Part shown: positions 1-14,366 of the stretch, one piece after another
Numbering within the stretch: the stretch's first letter is position 1
Layout of the letters: each line of letters starts with the position of its first letter
DNA from: the human T2T-CHM13v2.0 reference genome, Homo sapiens
Length of the DNA stretch: 64,000 bases
Assembly: GCF_009914755.1 (NCBI RefSeq)
Contig: NC_060935.1
Strand: one strand, 5' to 3'
Notes under the pieces: model-generated
The model's database searches: none
What the model saw: only the letters and a program-made list of their open reading frames with translations
Told to the model about the DNA's origin: nothing
Made by a program: the position numbers and the translations under genes

Positions 1-19
1 TGCATTATTATCACATCTG

Positions 20-105
20 ATATTTATTGAGCACTTCCTATGTCCTCTTGTGTGAAGAAATTTAATCCTCATGGTAATTCTATGATACAGGTACTATTAT
101 TTTTT
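20..105 (-). mobile_element. MIR fragment
   Basis: tatttattgagcacttcctatgt...tttaatcctcatggtaattctatg...gtactattatt is a typical antisense MIR signature. Confidence 0.5.
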
Positions 106-114
106 AGAGAATCA

Positions 115-730
115 TGTTAGTGTTTAAGGTCTTAAGATGGAAGAAGAATAAACAGCATTTATGGTTACTCAATCCTTGCCTGCTTCGAGGGCAAACTAGA
201 ATCATGATATACATTTGGTTGATGCCTGTGAATGTGGTCCTCAAATTTTCTTTATGTTGGTGATTGATGATGTTATATTGTATGCCTGGGTAACAATAGG
301 ACCCGATGTACCTGCTTGTCAGGAGTGCTTAGCAAGACTTAATGATGTACATCTGGCATCTATGCTAAGATCCTGAGTTTCAGTAATCATGGCTGACTGC
401 ATAATGAAAAAGTGCCTATATGACAAGTCTACCATAAAAGCCTTAACCCTTGAGACTGCACGTCAATAGGCAGAGATTTCTCACTCGTATTTTGTAGTTC
501 TCTACTAGAGAGAAAGTGGGTCTTATGAGACTCTGGAGAGGCAAGGAATTGAAAGCCTTCACCTTACCCGTTTTAACTTTCATCAATAAATATCTTTTTC
601 CTGTGGCTATTACTTTTTGTTCTTTGCTGTGATAAATCTTAGCCATGAATACATAATTTCCTGTGGAGGTCTGTGAGTCCCGGCAAATCAGTGAACTTGA
701 AAATAGTCATAGAATGGACCACCAAAACAA
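115..730. mobile_element. Old ERVL-type solo LTR (MER21/MER68-like, family uncertain)
   Basis: The end ...tttgctgtgataaatcttagccatgaatacataa...tgtgagtcc...aatcagtgaacttga...accaaaaca resembles MER21-group LTR termini. Confidence 0.4.
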
Positions 731-732
731 TA

Positions 733-868
733 TTTAATCCTCCTAGTAATTAAATAGTATAGGTATTATTATTTTCCAGAAAATCGGGTTACTTCCCAAA
801 GTCTTGGAACTAATGAGAGGAAATGTGCTATTCAAACAGAAGCAGTTTGTTTCTAGAACCAGAGCTCT
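733..868 (-). mobile_element. MIR fragment
   Basis: tttaatcctc...ggtattattatt...acttcccaaagtc...tagaaccagagctct. Confidence 0.45.
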
Positions 869-2059
869 ATTTTGTCCATGAATCAATGCTGACAGTCTGT
901 TTAGCCTAGTAAACGCCCTCTTGTGTTATTTGATGTATACATGTGTTACTTTCGCCAAGAAGGTTCCTTAAATCCAAAAGTGGAATAGTATCTTTCACTT
1001 ACCCTTTCATAGTAAATATACAATTATTTTGTAATTTCCTGTTTACATTAATTATAGCTTCACTGGAATCCTTTTATCATCAGTGATTGATGAAAGACAG
1101 AACAAGACCTTGTGTCTAAAAAGAAAGAAAATCAATGAAATTATCTGAATTATTAATTAAATTACTTTGATAGGACTATATGCATTTTCTAGTTCCTCTT
1201 GGGTGATTTTTGGTAAGCTTTATTTTTATTTTTTCATGAATTATTCCATTTAATCCAAGTTGTCAAATATATTAGTGTAATATACCCCTACCATGTATTT
1301 AATATCTGTGAGATCTATATTACTGTCTATTATTCATGACATTGGTATTACGTATTTTCTATTTTGTATCCTTAAACTTGCTATGGATTTATCGATATTA
1401 TTAAATTTTCCAAAGAGTGATTTTTGGCTGTGTTTATTTTCTTTCTTTGATTCTATTTTCTATGTCATTGATTTTTGCTCTAAGTCTTATTATTTCCTTT
1501 CCTGCAATTACTTTCAGTCCATTTTGCTCTTGTTTTCCAGGTTCTTATGATAAATATTAGATAACTCTTTTTAAATATCTATTCTTTCTAATACAAGCAT
1601 TTATCTTTTAATCATCACTCTAATTGCATCATTGTCATTTACCTATTATATTGTCCTTATCATCCAATCAGAAATCTTTTCCAATTTCATTATGATTTCT
1701 TCTTTGATTCATTGGTTATTTAAAATATCAGGAAATTTAGACATTAAGTTTTTAATATAATTCTGCTTGGGACAGAGTAACTATTTTGGAAGTTGCAATT
1801 TTTTTAAATGCATAGAGAGTTATATTATAAACATTTTTTCTGTTGTTAATGTTCCATTTACACCTAGAAAAATGTGTTTACTGAATTTTGGGTGAGTTAG
1901 TCTATAAATGTTAATTATATCAGATTAGTTAATAGTATTTTTCAAATATTCTATATTCTAACTGATATTTTGTATAATTATATATTAATTATGAAAATAG
2001 CATTTTGAAATATCCATCTAAAACTGCATTTGTTTTTGTTATTTTAATGGTCCCAAATA

Positions 2060-2720
2060 GTTTATTTATTATGTATTTTGAATTTTTGTGGGTATATAGT
2101 AGTTGTATATATTTATGGGGTACATGAGATGTCTTGATACAGGCATGCAATGTGAAATAAGCACATCATGGAGAATGAGGTATCCATCCCCTCAAACATT
2201 TGTCCTTTGAGTTACAAACAATCTAATTACTCTCTTTAAGTTATTTAAAAATGTACAATTATTATTGACTGTAGTCACCTTGTTGTTCTGTCAGATAGTA
2301 GGTCTTATTCATTCTTTCTGCATTTTCTTTTTTCACCCATTAACCATTCTCACCTTTCCCCACCAACCTTCCCACTACCCTACCCAGTCTCTGATAACCA
2401 TCCTTCTACTCTGTATTTCCATGACTTTAATTGTTTTGATTTTTGGATACAACAAATAAGTGAGAACGTGCAGTGTTTGTCTTTCTGGCTGGCTTATTTC
2501 AGTTAACACAATGATCTCCAGTTCCATACATGCTGTTGCAAATGCCTCGATATTCTTTTCTATGGCTGAGTGTAACTCTATTATGTATATCTACCACATT
2601 TTCTTTATCCAATCGTCTGTTGATGGACACTTAGTTGGCTTCCAAATCTTAGCTTCTGTAAACAGTGCCGAAACAAACATAGGAGTGCAGATATCTCTTC
2701 AATATACTGATTTCCTTTTC
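2060..2720 (-). mobile_element. L1MA (L1MA1-3-like) 3' end
   Basis: tttttgtgggtatatagtagttgtatatatttatggggtacatgagatg...caggcatgcaatgtgaaataagcacatcatggagaatg is the antisense L1MA 3'UTR. Confidence 0.8.
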
Positions 2721-3646
2721 ATTGAATTCTCTAAGGATTTTCTTTTAAAATTTTGTTTTTAAGTATATAGACAGTTAAGATTGTATGGTTTTCTGATAAT
2801 TTAACATTTTTATCATTATGAAATGTCCCTTTTTATCACAAGTAACATTGTGTCATGAAATCTTTTTTCCACTTGTAATTTATCCGTTCAGTCTTTCTTA
2901 TGGAAAGCTGCCTTGCTTGTTTTCATGTGTAAAATATATCTCGTGTAGATAGACTTTAGTTGCATATTTATCTAATCTGACAGTCTCTCATTTTTAATTG
3001 ACACTCTTTATGTTCATTTAATTTAATTATTGATATGGGTTCATTTATATCTACTATTTTACCATTCATCTTCTATTTTCTTTATTCTGTTGCTCTGCTG
3101 TTCCTCTTTTCTCAGTTTGGATCAATGTGTTTTTTTTTTTTGTTGTTGTTGTTGTTGTTGTTCTTTTTTTCCCCTCTACTTTGGAATATTTGCTGTATGT
3201 TTTTGCAATTTGTTTTAGTGTTTACTCTAGTGAGTATATTATACATTCACATTTTTCATATTCCGCCTAAGGTTCATGTTTTACAACTGTAACAGAACAA
3301 AGATTCTTTCAAGTGTAATTCATTTCATCCCTATTCTTTGTGATACTGCTGTCCTATATTAGTTCTACATATTTAATACCAATAATATAATCTTTCTTTT
3401 TTGTCTTTAGAAAAAAGGAAAAAGATGGCCAATATGTACTACTTTTTGAACTCCTTATTTTATTCTAGAAATTTGCATTGTCATGTATCACTCACCTTCA
3501 GCCTGAACATTAACTATCATCTGTGCCAGGGCAAATTTGCTGTTAATAAATTCTTTCAGGTTTTATTTATTGGAAAATATCTTTATTTTATCCTTGTTCT
3601 TGGAGAATATTTTTGATCAATATAAACTTCTGGAAAAACAGTTTCA

Positions 3647-5816
<2,170 letters not shown>

Positions 5817-8018
5817 AAGATTTTCACTTTATCTTGTATTTTCAGCAGTTTGATTGTGATATGTTTAACTTTGAATCTGTTGTGCTCACTCCTGCTTAAG
5901 TTTGGTGGAACTTCTTGAAAATGAAAATTTATGTGTTTTAAGCATATTTGGTGTTTTTGTCAATGTTTCTTTGTATAATTTGTAAGTCCTAATCTTTTCT
6001 TCTTATCCCCCTGGAAATTCAGACATGTGCTTATTAGACAAATTGATATCATAGTTGATTAAATCCCTATCCATATATTTCCTCAATTATTTTCTTTTTC
6101 CTTAAGATAGGATTAGTTACATTTGTGTGCCTTTAACTTCATTCTTCAGTACTCATTCTTCAGTATTCAAGCTGTGCATTTTTAATTTCATGTATCATAC
6201 TCTCCAGTTCTAGAATTTTCATTTGTTTCTTTTTTTCTAGTTTCAATTTCTCAATGGTCTTTGTCTGCTAATTTAAAACTCCATGTTCCTTTGGGTTCTA
6301 TTGTCATTAACTGTTTTTTTGTTGATTATGAGTACAATCCATACTTCATGTGTCTAATACTTTGATTGCATGCTTGACATTGTGCTGGCTACACTCTGGA
6401 GATTTGAATATACCACTGTCTTTTAATGAATGTTGAATTCTCTTCTGTAGGCAGTTAAAATACTGAAACTTTTTTTGTGTTGTCAGACTTTAAAAATAAA
6501 TCTTTTCATGGTAAGTCTATATCATTTGTGAGCTTAGTTCTAAGATACAGCTGTTACACTAAAGCATAGCTCTTATTCTAAAAGTCTGCATTATCTCTTT
6601 TTAGTCTCAGCCAAATGTTTGAGGTGTTTGCAAAGTGTTCTTGAGGCTACTGTACTCGGGCTAAATGAGAATTACAGTATTTCATAGTAGTGGAAAAACT
6701 CTGGTACCGCTACTCTACTCTCAGCCTCACTGCAACCACAGGTTGACCAAACTGTGCCGTTCAGTGTCTTTCTTTCTGTTTGTACAGTACAGTCTTCGGC
6801 CAGAGACTCATAGTGAACCCCCGTGCATGTGTTTGTGGGGTTTCTGGAAAGTTTCTTCTTCTCTGTTACATTTTCCCACAAATCCTGGGCACTCTAGCAG
6901 TTCAAACTTCAGACTTCTGCCTCCTCAGCTCAGGAAGACTATTGTTTGCTTTGGACTTTACCTTCTAGTACCATGGTAGTCAATAACGGTCCTCTTTAGA
7001 AAGCTGGTATGAGCATGAGTTTTTTTCTTTTTTTTTTTTCCCCATGACCCTGTTATTTTTATTCCCGAATTTTTTAAAACAGTCACCATTTTTTTTCAAA
7101 ATTTTTGTTTATAGAAAGAGGCAGATCTGGTACTAACTGTTTTTATTCATGCTCAGAAACAGAAATTGTATTATTAATTATATTTGGAGCTGAATATAAT
7201 GGTGGATAAGAGGTGGTCTTTGAAAATCGTATGTATAATGTCAGGTATAGTGAGCAAGAAGAAGCTATGCACTAAAAATTTTGGTTTAGTTGTGGTCCTA
7301 TAATGATAAATAATTATAGGAGAAGGACTAAATTGGGTCCTAAATTTTTGTGCCAAGAGATTCACTGAGATACAGACAAACATATGTGGCAAAGGGAAGC
7401 CTACACTTAATCCCAGAAAATAAAGAGATGTTATTAATTTTAGAAGTTAGGTGGAATTTAACTGATCCAGTGAAAGAATCAGTTGGACAGGTCAGATTCC
7501 TTTGTAAATATACTGGAAAATATGAAAATACTAAAAAGGGAAAAAGAAAGGCTGGAAAACACAGGCATAAAAGGATTCACTGAAATTTCAATACCCTGGT
7601 GGATTCCCAGTATGATTGTTCTGTGACAGCAGATTTACGATGTATCTCCCTGCCTCTGGACAAAAAGGACAATTTATATGAAATGTCAAGAATACGGCAA
7701 ATCCATACAGATATTACTATGTTCGTCTCTTTCTTTTTCCAAGTGAATAGACCCAGTCCAAGAATACCTGACACATGGTGATGTTAGCAAAGAAAGAACA
7801 TGGAACTCTTTCCCCAGCAATATGTATTTAAAAAAAGAGATCCTTTAGCCTATATTTCTTCCTAAAAAATTCCCGTTCCAGAGCTCTTACATAAACTTCT
7901 AACCGTCGTGTAAACCAGCAGCATTACTTACAAAGAAGGTGGTAGGGAATTTAATGGGTCAAAGTCATTCAATGGAGATGGCTGAGCTCAAAACACTTAG
8001 TGATTGCCCTGTTATTAG

Positions 8019-8605
8019 CTACCTCCATGAGATCACATTTTTAGATTTCATGTATGAGTTAGCACATGTTATATTTGTCCTTCTGTGCCTGGCTTATTTT
8101 ACTTAACATAGTGTTCTCCAGTTTCATCTATGTTACAGAAAATGAAAAGATTGTATTCATTTTTATTGCTGAATATGTGTGTATCACATTTATTTTATGC
8201 ATTCATCTTTTGATTGACCTTTAGTTTGATTCCATATCTTGGCTATTGTGAACAGTGCAGCAGTAAAATGGAGTTGCAGACATCCCTTCTTTGGGAAGAT
8301 ATGGATGGAAAAAGGGTTGATTAACGTATGTAAAAATACAGTTAAATGGAAGGGATAAGTTAAAGTATTCAACAGTACAATAGAGAAACTATAGTTAACA
8401 ATAATTTATTTCATGTTTCAAAATAGCTGGAAGAGAAGATCTGGAATCTCCCCAACACAAAGAAATGATAAATGTTTGAGGTGATGGATATCCTAATCAT
8501 CCTGATTTGATTATTACACATTACATGCTTATATCAAAATACCACATTTATCCCATAAATATGTACAGCTATTATGTATTAATAAAAAATAAAAAATTAA
8601 AAAAC
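8019..8605 (+). mobile_element. L1MA4/5-like 3' end with an inverted 5' part (about 8019-8290 antisense, 8293-8605 sense)
   Basis: Antisense ORF2 C-terminus (FTAALFTIAKIWNQ in ORF 8190..8372 -) abuts a sense L1MA 3'UTR ending in aataaaaaataaaaaattaaaaaa. Confidence 0.8.
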
Positions 8606-9049
8606 TGGAAGATATTGTGTTTAACTTTTTCTATTTTTGTATGAAGCACAGTTACTAGTATTAGCCTATATTTCTTTTTTTTCTTTTAGGAGGCAGCTGG
8701 CTTTTAAATAATGAATAATTGGCCTTATGAGAAGAAACTTCCTTGTAAATAGTTTAAACTAGCAATGAGCAAACAGTGAATATGAAAAAAGGAAACAAAT
8801 TTTTAATAAACCATGTAAATTGTCATTTTTTCTGTTCTTATTCTTTAATGCCCAGATCTACAGCTATATGAATAAAATTAATAATTATCCTAGGAAATAT
8901 ATAAATAAGAGTATAATTTTATATACTACCCTTACTATCTTTAGTGCAAAGAAAAGTAAGAAATATTTATAGTGTGGTGGAAAACATAAAAATTTATTTA
9001 CAATATAATATTATCAGTGCAACTCAAGGCAATCTACCACAGGTCATGA

Positions 9050-9870
9050 AATTCAGAAAAGAAAGATCTCACCAAGTTTGCGGTGGCAGATGGACTCAAT
9101 AAATCATTCTAGAAAGAAGTGATGTCCTTGATGAGTCTTAAATGATTAAAGTAAATATCTGAGTACACTAAGACAATACTTCATAAAGAAGGAATAACAT
9201 GAAAAATTATAAAGTCTCATTAAGGGAAACTTCCATTAATGTATTTACAGTGCAACATGAAAGTTAAACAGAGAAAAAAAGGAGGCATGTATTGGTTTTC
9301 TTATTTGAGAGTAATTTTCTAGGAGATTTAAGATTATAATGATATTTGCAGTTTAGATAGATTATACAAGGGGAATAGTTTTGAGGAAAATCCATCTTAA
9401 AGTAAAAAGTACACTCCGAATCAAGAGATGGTTACCTCTAATTAAAGCCCAGATGACAGGTGTCATATAGAGGTGGGACAATTGTTATAAATAAATACTT
9501 AGGAAGTGAAATCTCTAGGGCTTGGTGATTGACTATATGTGGGAGAAGGTGGAGGTAAAAGCAATAGACAACTCTCAGGTTTAAACTTGGGTGACTGAGT
9601 TGATGGAAGTATAAGGAGATATACCGAAGAAGGGTCAGACAGAGGAAGAATGAGTAAGTGTTCAATGTGATTGAATTTGACTTTGAGGTATTCATATAGA
9701 ACCCAGGTAAAGTCTCAGCGAGGAAGTCTAGGCTGGGGTAAATTTTAAGATCCATACCATAGTGAAGATTGTAAAAACCATAAAAAATAATAAGTTCAAC
9801 TTGGGAAGAAAATATAGAATTTTAAAAGAGGAGGATCAAGGATGAAACACTAGGGGACATGAGAGTTTAG
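9050..9870 (-). mobile_element. L2 fragment
   Basis: gggcttggtgattgactatatgtggg...tctcaggttt...gggtgactgag...gaagtctaggctgggg is a typical antisense L2 signature. Confidence 0.6.
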
Positions 9871-9954
9871 AATATGAGGGCAGAAAACAGAACAGAAATA
9901 AGAAAAAATGTATTACTGTGTGAAGAATGAAATAAGAGGGGCATTAAATTGTGG

Positions 9955-11220
9955 AAACATAACCTTTCTAACAAATATTGCTAGGAGAACTTGATACCCA
10001 CATGCAAACAATGGAGCTGAGCCCCTCCTTCACAAATACACAAAAGTTGGATTCACAGACCTATCTTTAAGATCTAAAACAATAAAAATCTTAGAAGAAA
10101 ACAAAGGCATACATATTCATAACCTAGTGTGAGGCAAAGCTGTCTTAGATACAACCTCAGGAGTATAATCATAACATTCAAAGTAGGTGAATTGAACTTT
10201 ATCAAAATTAAAAATATTTGTGGTGCAAATGACACCAACAGGAAAGTGAAAAGACAATCCATGGATTAGGAAACATTTGCAAATCACATATCTAAGGGGG
10301 ATTTGTACCCATTATATAGACAGAACTCTTACTAGGCAAAAATAAAACTCAAAAATTAATTGAAAAAATAATTTAATAAATGTATCTTCAAAAATGTGTA
10401 TGAATAGCTAGTACGCACATGAAAATATGTTGATAGTGATTATCAGATAAATGCCTATAAAAATGAGATAAGACTTCACATCAGCTAAGATGGCTATAAT
10501 AATAAAAGGATAGATAAATAATTGCAACTAACAAGTTTAAGGTTGTAAAGAAATCGATACCTTCATATATTACTAATGAAAATGTAAAATGGTGCAGCTA
10601 TCTTGAACAAGAGTTTGGCAGTTTCTCAAAATGTTAAATGTAGAGTTACCATATGATCCAGGAATTCCACTTCTAGGTATATATCCAAGAGAACTGAAAA
10701 CAGATGTTCACACAGAAACTTTTATGTGAATGATCATAGCAGAGTTTTTCATAATAGCGAAAGTATGAAAACAACCATAATATCCATTAACTGACGGATG
10801 GATAAACAAAATGTGGTATACCCTTACAATGGAATATTATTCAGCAATAAAAAGAAATTAAGTAATGATATATGCTATAATACAGATGAACTTTAAAACA
10901 TGAATGTGAAAGAGAGTAGTTATATGAAACCAGATACAGTATGATTTAATTTATATGAAATGTCAAGATTTGGGTCAATCCATAAAGAGAGAAATTAGAT
11001 TGGTGTCTGTGGGGGTTCAGGAGAAGGGATAAAGTGGGGACCAGTGAGTGATTACTCGTAGGTACAGGATTTCTTCTGGGCATGATGAAAATGTTCTGGA
11101 ATTATATAACGATGATGATTTCATAATCTTATGGATGTGTATAAAAGCACTAAATTACACACTTTAAAATGGTGAAGTTCTTAGTACCTGAATTAAATCT
11201 CAATAAAGCTGTTTTTAAAA
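9955..11220 (+). mobile_element. L1MB (L1MB7/8-like) 3' portion
   Basis: Degraded ORF2 end (gagttaccatatgatccaggaattccacttctaggtatatatccaagaga) plus 3'UTR ending atggtgaa...tctcaataaagctgtttttaaaa. Confidence 0.8.
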
Positions 11221-11939
11221 CAGCTTCTATATCTCCTAATCCTAGCACTTTATAGAGACTCAGCACAACTGCTTGGGTTTTCTTGATGTTCTTTTTCAGA
11301 CTTGGGTACAGTTACCACAAACAATGCTTGCTGACTCCAGTGTTAGGACTCAGCATAGGATAAGTAGTTTAAGATAAGTGAATTGCTATCTGTACTAATG
11401 TATCTTTAAAATTCATCTACCAATTCTCCAAAGCCACAAAATTTATTCTGAATTTAGGTTTTTATGTGACAATGTGGACAGAATGTCATGGGTGATGGAG
11501 ATTCCTGGTTTTGTAATTTTCCTAGAAGAAAAAACTTCTGCTGAGAGACACATCTGTACTTGAATTCAAAATAATACTTCAATTCTCTACATCTGTGGGA
11601 GTTTCCAGAATCTTACTTACACCTTTCAAGATGTACTCCCCTACTATGTTGCTCTCATGCCCTTCCAAGTTAGATGTCTTTTGGAGAGATTTTTTTTTTT
11701 TTCTTTTTGGCTTGCAGTAAATGCACAAAGGCCAACAAACTTTGTGGTTCTTTATAGATATCCAATATAGATACAGTGTAAAGAAAATTCATTCTGACTT
11801 TTTTATTCATTGATATTAGATAATTTGGTTGTTGTTTTATGTTATATGTCTAGTTGAAAGTAAAAAAAACTTAGGTTGGGGAAAGTTTTTTCTTACATGT
11901 GTATAATGTTTTTCTCTCAAATAAGCATACATTTTGAAG

Positions 11940-12150
11940 TAATGCAGACTGAATTTGAATGCCATCGCCACTATATAAGTCTCTGAGTGACCTTGAGCAA
12001 GTTACTTAACTACTCTGAAACTGTCACCTTAACTGGAAAAGAGAAAAATACTAGAAATAACTACCACATTTGGTTTCTATGATTAGGACGTAAGATAATG
12101 GATGCAAAGTTGTTATATAAAAAATGTATTCTACAAATATGAGTGTTATT
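11940..12150 (+). mobile_element. MIR
   Basis: MIR core gtgaccttgagcaagttacttaactactctga. Confidence 0.7.
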
Positions 12151-13057
12151 TCCTGGTGCACACATTAAAAAAATTGCCAAGTAGCCTTATGTCTTTGTTG
12201 AGTATACAACTCAAGTAATCTCCTTCAAAGTGAGCAGGGAATCTATGTTAGAAAACCCTGGCAGGAGCAAACCAGAGTTTTTATTTTACTTGGAATCAGA
12301 GTTCTGTTTTAGAAAAGTGTGGTGTCGTTTTTTTCTCTTAAATGATATGCAATTCACATGTTAGTTTATTTGTATATGCCTACTTATTAGGCATATACAA
12401 GATCGATAATGTTGTGGATCTTATTATTATTGCCCAAGGGGCTAATATTCACTTTTCAAAACTTATTACTCATCTAGTTCAGCAGCTCAAGATTTTGAAG
12501 CAAATCTGTTTTACATACATGTCTTAACCTTCAATCCCATTTAAAAAAAATAGTAAATTAGATGGTTAACCTTTTAGATTTGCATCCTCTTTAAAATAAA
12601 GCTTTACAGCAAATGCATTTTTCCTACAAATGTCTTCGAAAATGAGATTGAAGAGGATGTATCATCTAAATTTTTCTGTAAAGAGCTTGCCCCCGAAATA
12701 ATTGGAACATGAACTGAAACCTCTAGATAGGAATTCCTGGACACAGCTGTCCATTATCTTTCGGGACTTTGGTGCACCTCACCCTTTACTGAACACAACT
12801 TTGTGTCAAACACTGGGCTAGGAGTGCTAGTTGTGATGTTTGAGGCAACAGTGGAATTTTTCTTAGGACTTAGTAGAACCAGTTCTTTTTTTTAATATGC
12901 ATAGTCAGATTTTGATGATATTCAGTCTGCTCATATCTATAATAGTGATATTAACGTCTATTTCACTAGGATGGCTCTTGTGAAGATTAAATTAAATACT
13001 GTATGAAGAAGTGCCTTATACACAGTTATATAACCAGGATAATATCCAGATGGAATT

Positions 13058-13062
<5 letters not shown>

Positions 13063-13094
<32 letters not shown>

Positions 13095-13095
13095 A

Positions 13096-13127
<32 letters not shown>
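13063..13127. repeat. Compound (TC)n(CA)n microsatellite about 1 kb upstream of LUZP2 exon 1
   Basis: Read directly from the sequence. Confidence 0.95.
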
Positions 13128-13129
<2 letters not shown>

Positions 13130-14109
13130 CAATATCATCTTATAAATATCCTAGAATTGAATATCTCAGTAGCAGAGATAGTAGTTCTGTTTCTCAGAAT
13201 TGCTTTTGCAAAATGGTGTTTTGGATTATAATTGTGCTATTTAATTTTTCTAATTAAAATTTCTAAATAGAGCCTATTAAATATTGGATGCTTATGATAG
13301 AACATTTGAAAATATAGAAAACCAAATGACCTACAAAACCTCTACCTTCCAGTACCATCATTCCGAGCTGATTACTGTTAACATTTTAATGGTTTTTGTC
13401 CGCTAGGTCTCCTTGATGAGTTTCACCTGAGGAAAAGGACTCCTTCAGGTGTGTGAACTTGAGCCACCAGGTCCAACCCCATTGGCAGGTGCTGGTACAG
13501 ACGACTGAAATCAGAGGAAGATCAGAAATCTTCAAAACCCAGAGCAGCAGATGTCTTAACGGTCCCGAAACGTTCTTTGGTTCTTTGCAGTCAACATTCA
13601 CGGGTTAAGAAGATTGCAATGCCATGACGGGCTGAGGTTGCATTTCTGGACGCTGCTTACTCCCGCTTCCTTCCATCTGTTTCAGGCAAATCATTATGCA
13701 GTTCTAATTAGAACAATCTTCTAAACACTCTCTCCAGAGCGACGTTCTTCCAAACACGGTTTAAGCGGCGAGAGACACCTGCCTAGGACCCTACGCGTCT
13801 GGAAGTCTCTCCCAGTGAATTGGGTCTCATCTCCTGCCGAGTACGCAAGTTCAATTATCGGCAGATTAGGTTTCTACTCTCCGTGCCCCGCCCCGCGCCA
13901 TCCTGGGGAGCAGCGGGAATAAATGATCCGCCCCTGGCCAGTGCTCACCCGACTGGCCAGAGCGCAGCCCGGTGACCGAAGCGCACGGGGCGATCGCGAG
14001 GCGCCCCCTCCCTCTCCCCGCGCCGCCTCCAGCGCGAGTGACGGCGCGCCCTCCGGGCTCCGGAGCGGCGGCGCCGAACAATCCCCGGCAGGGCTCGCCT
14101 CGCCGGTGA

Positions 14110-14304
14110 CATCACTCCTGAAGATACTCCTCGCTCCCAGCGCCTGCCTTCCCCAGGCGTCCGTTCGTGTGCCCGTCTCCGCCTTTCCGCCTCGGAAGAG
14201 CGCTCATCACTGGCTGGGGACAGAGCCGGGCACCAAGGAGCGACAGGATCCCGAAGAGAGAGAGAGAAGGCAGCGAGGGAAGGAGGACCCCGGCAGGCAG
14301 CAGC
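14110..14304 (+). other. LUZP2: LUZP2 exon 1 5'UTR (5' boundary approximate)
   Basis: GC-rich and ATG-free from about 13926 to 14304, with a short (GA)n run at about 14254-14267. The TSS position is inferred, not visible in the sequence. Confidence 0.6.
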
Positions 14305-14366
14305 ATGAAATTCAGCCCAGCGCACTACCTGCTGCCTCTCCTGCCTGCGCTGGTCCTCAGCACCAG
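14305..14366 (+). CDS. LUZP2: LUZP2 first coding exon (62 nt, phase-2 end), encoding the N-terminal signal-peptide region
   Basis: Translation MKFSPAHYLLPLLPALVLST+AG matches the recalled LUZP2 N-terminus (MKFSPAHYLLPLLPALVLSTRQDYEE...). Start context cagcATGa has A at -3. Strong donor CAG|GTGAGT at 14366/14367. Lies inside a CpG island. Confidence 0.93.

Noticed and set aside
14217-14364. REST/RE1-like half sites (GGACAGAGCC about 14218; TCAGCACC about 14357)
   Set aside because: The half sites are far apart and in the wrong order, and no canonical 21-bp RE1 can be built. ChIP data would be needed.
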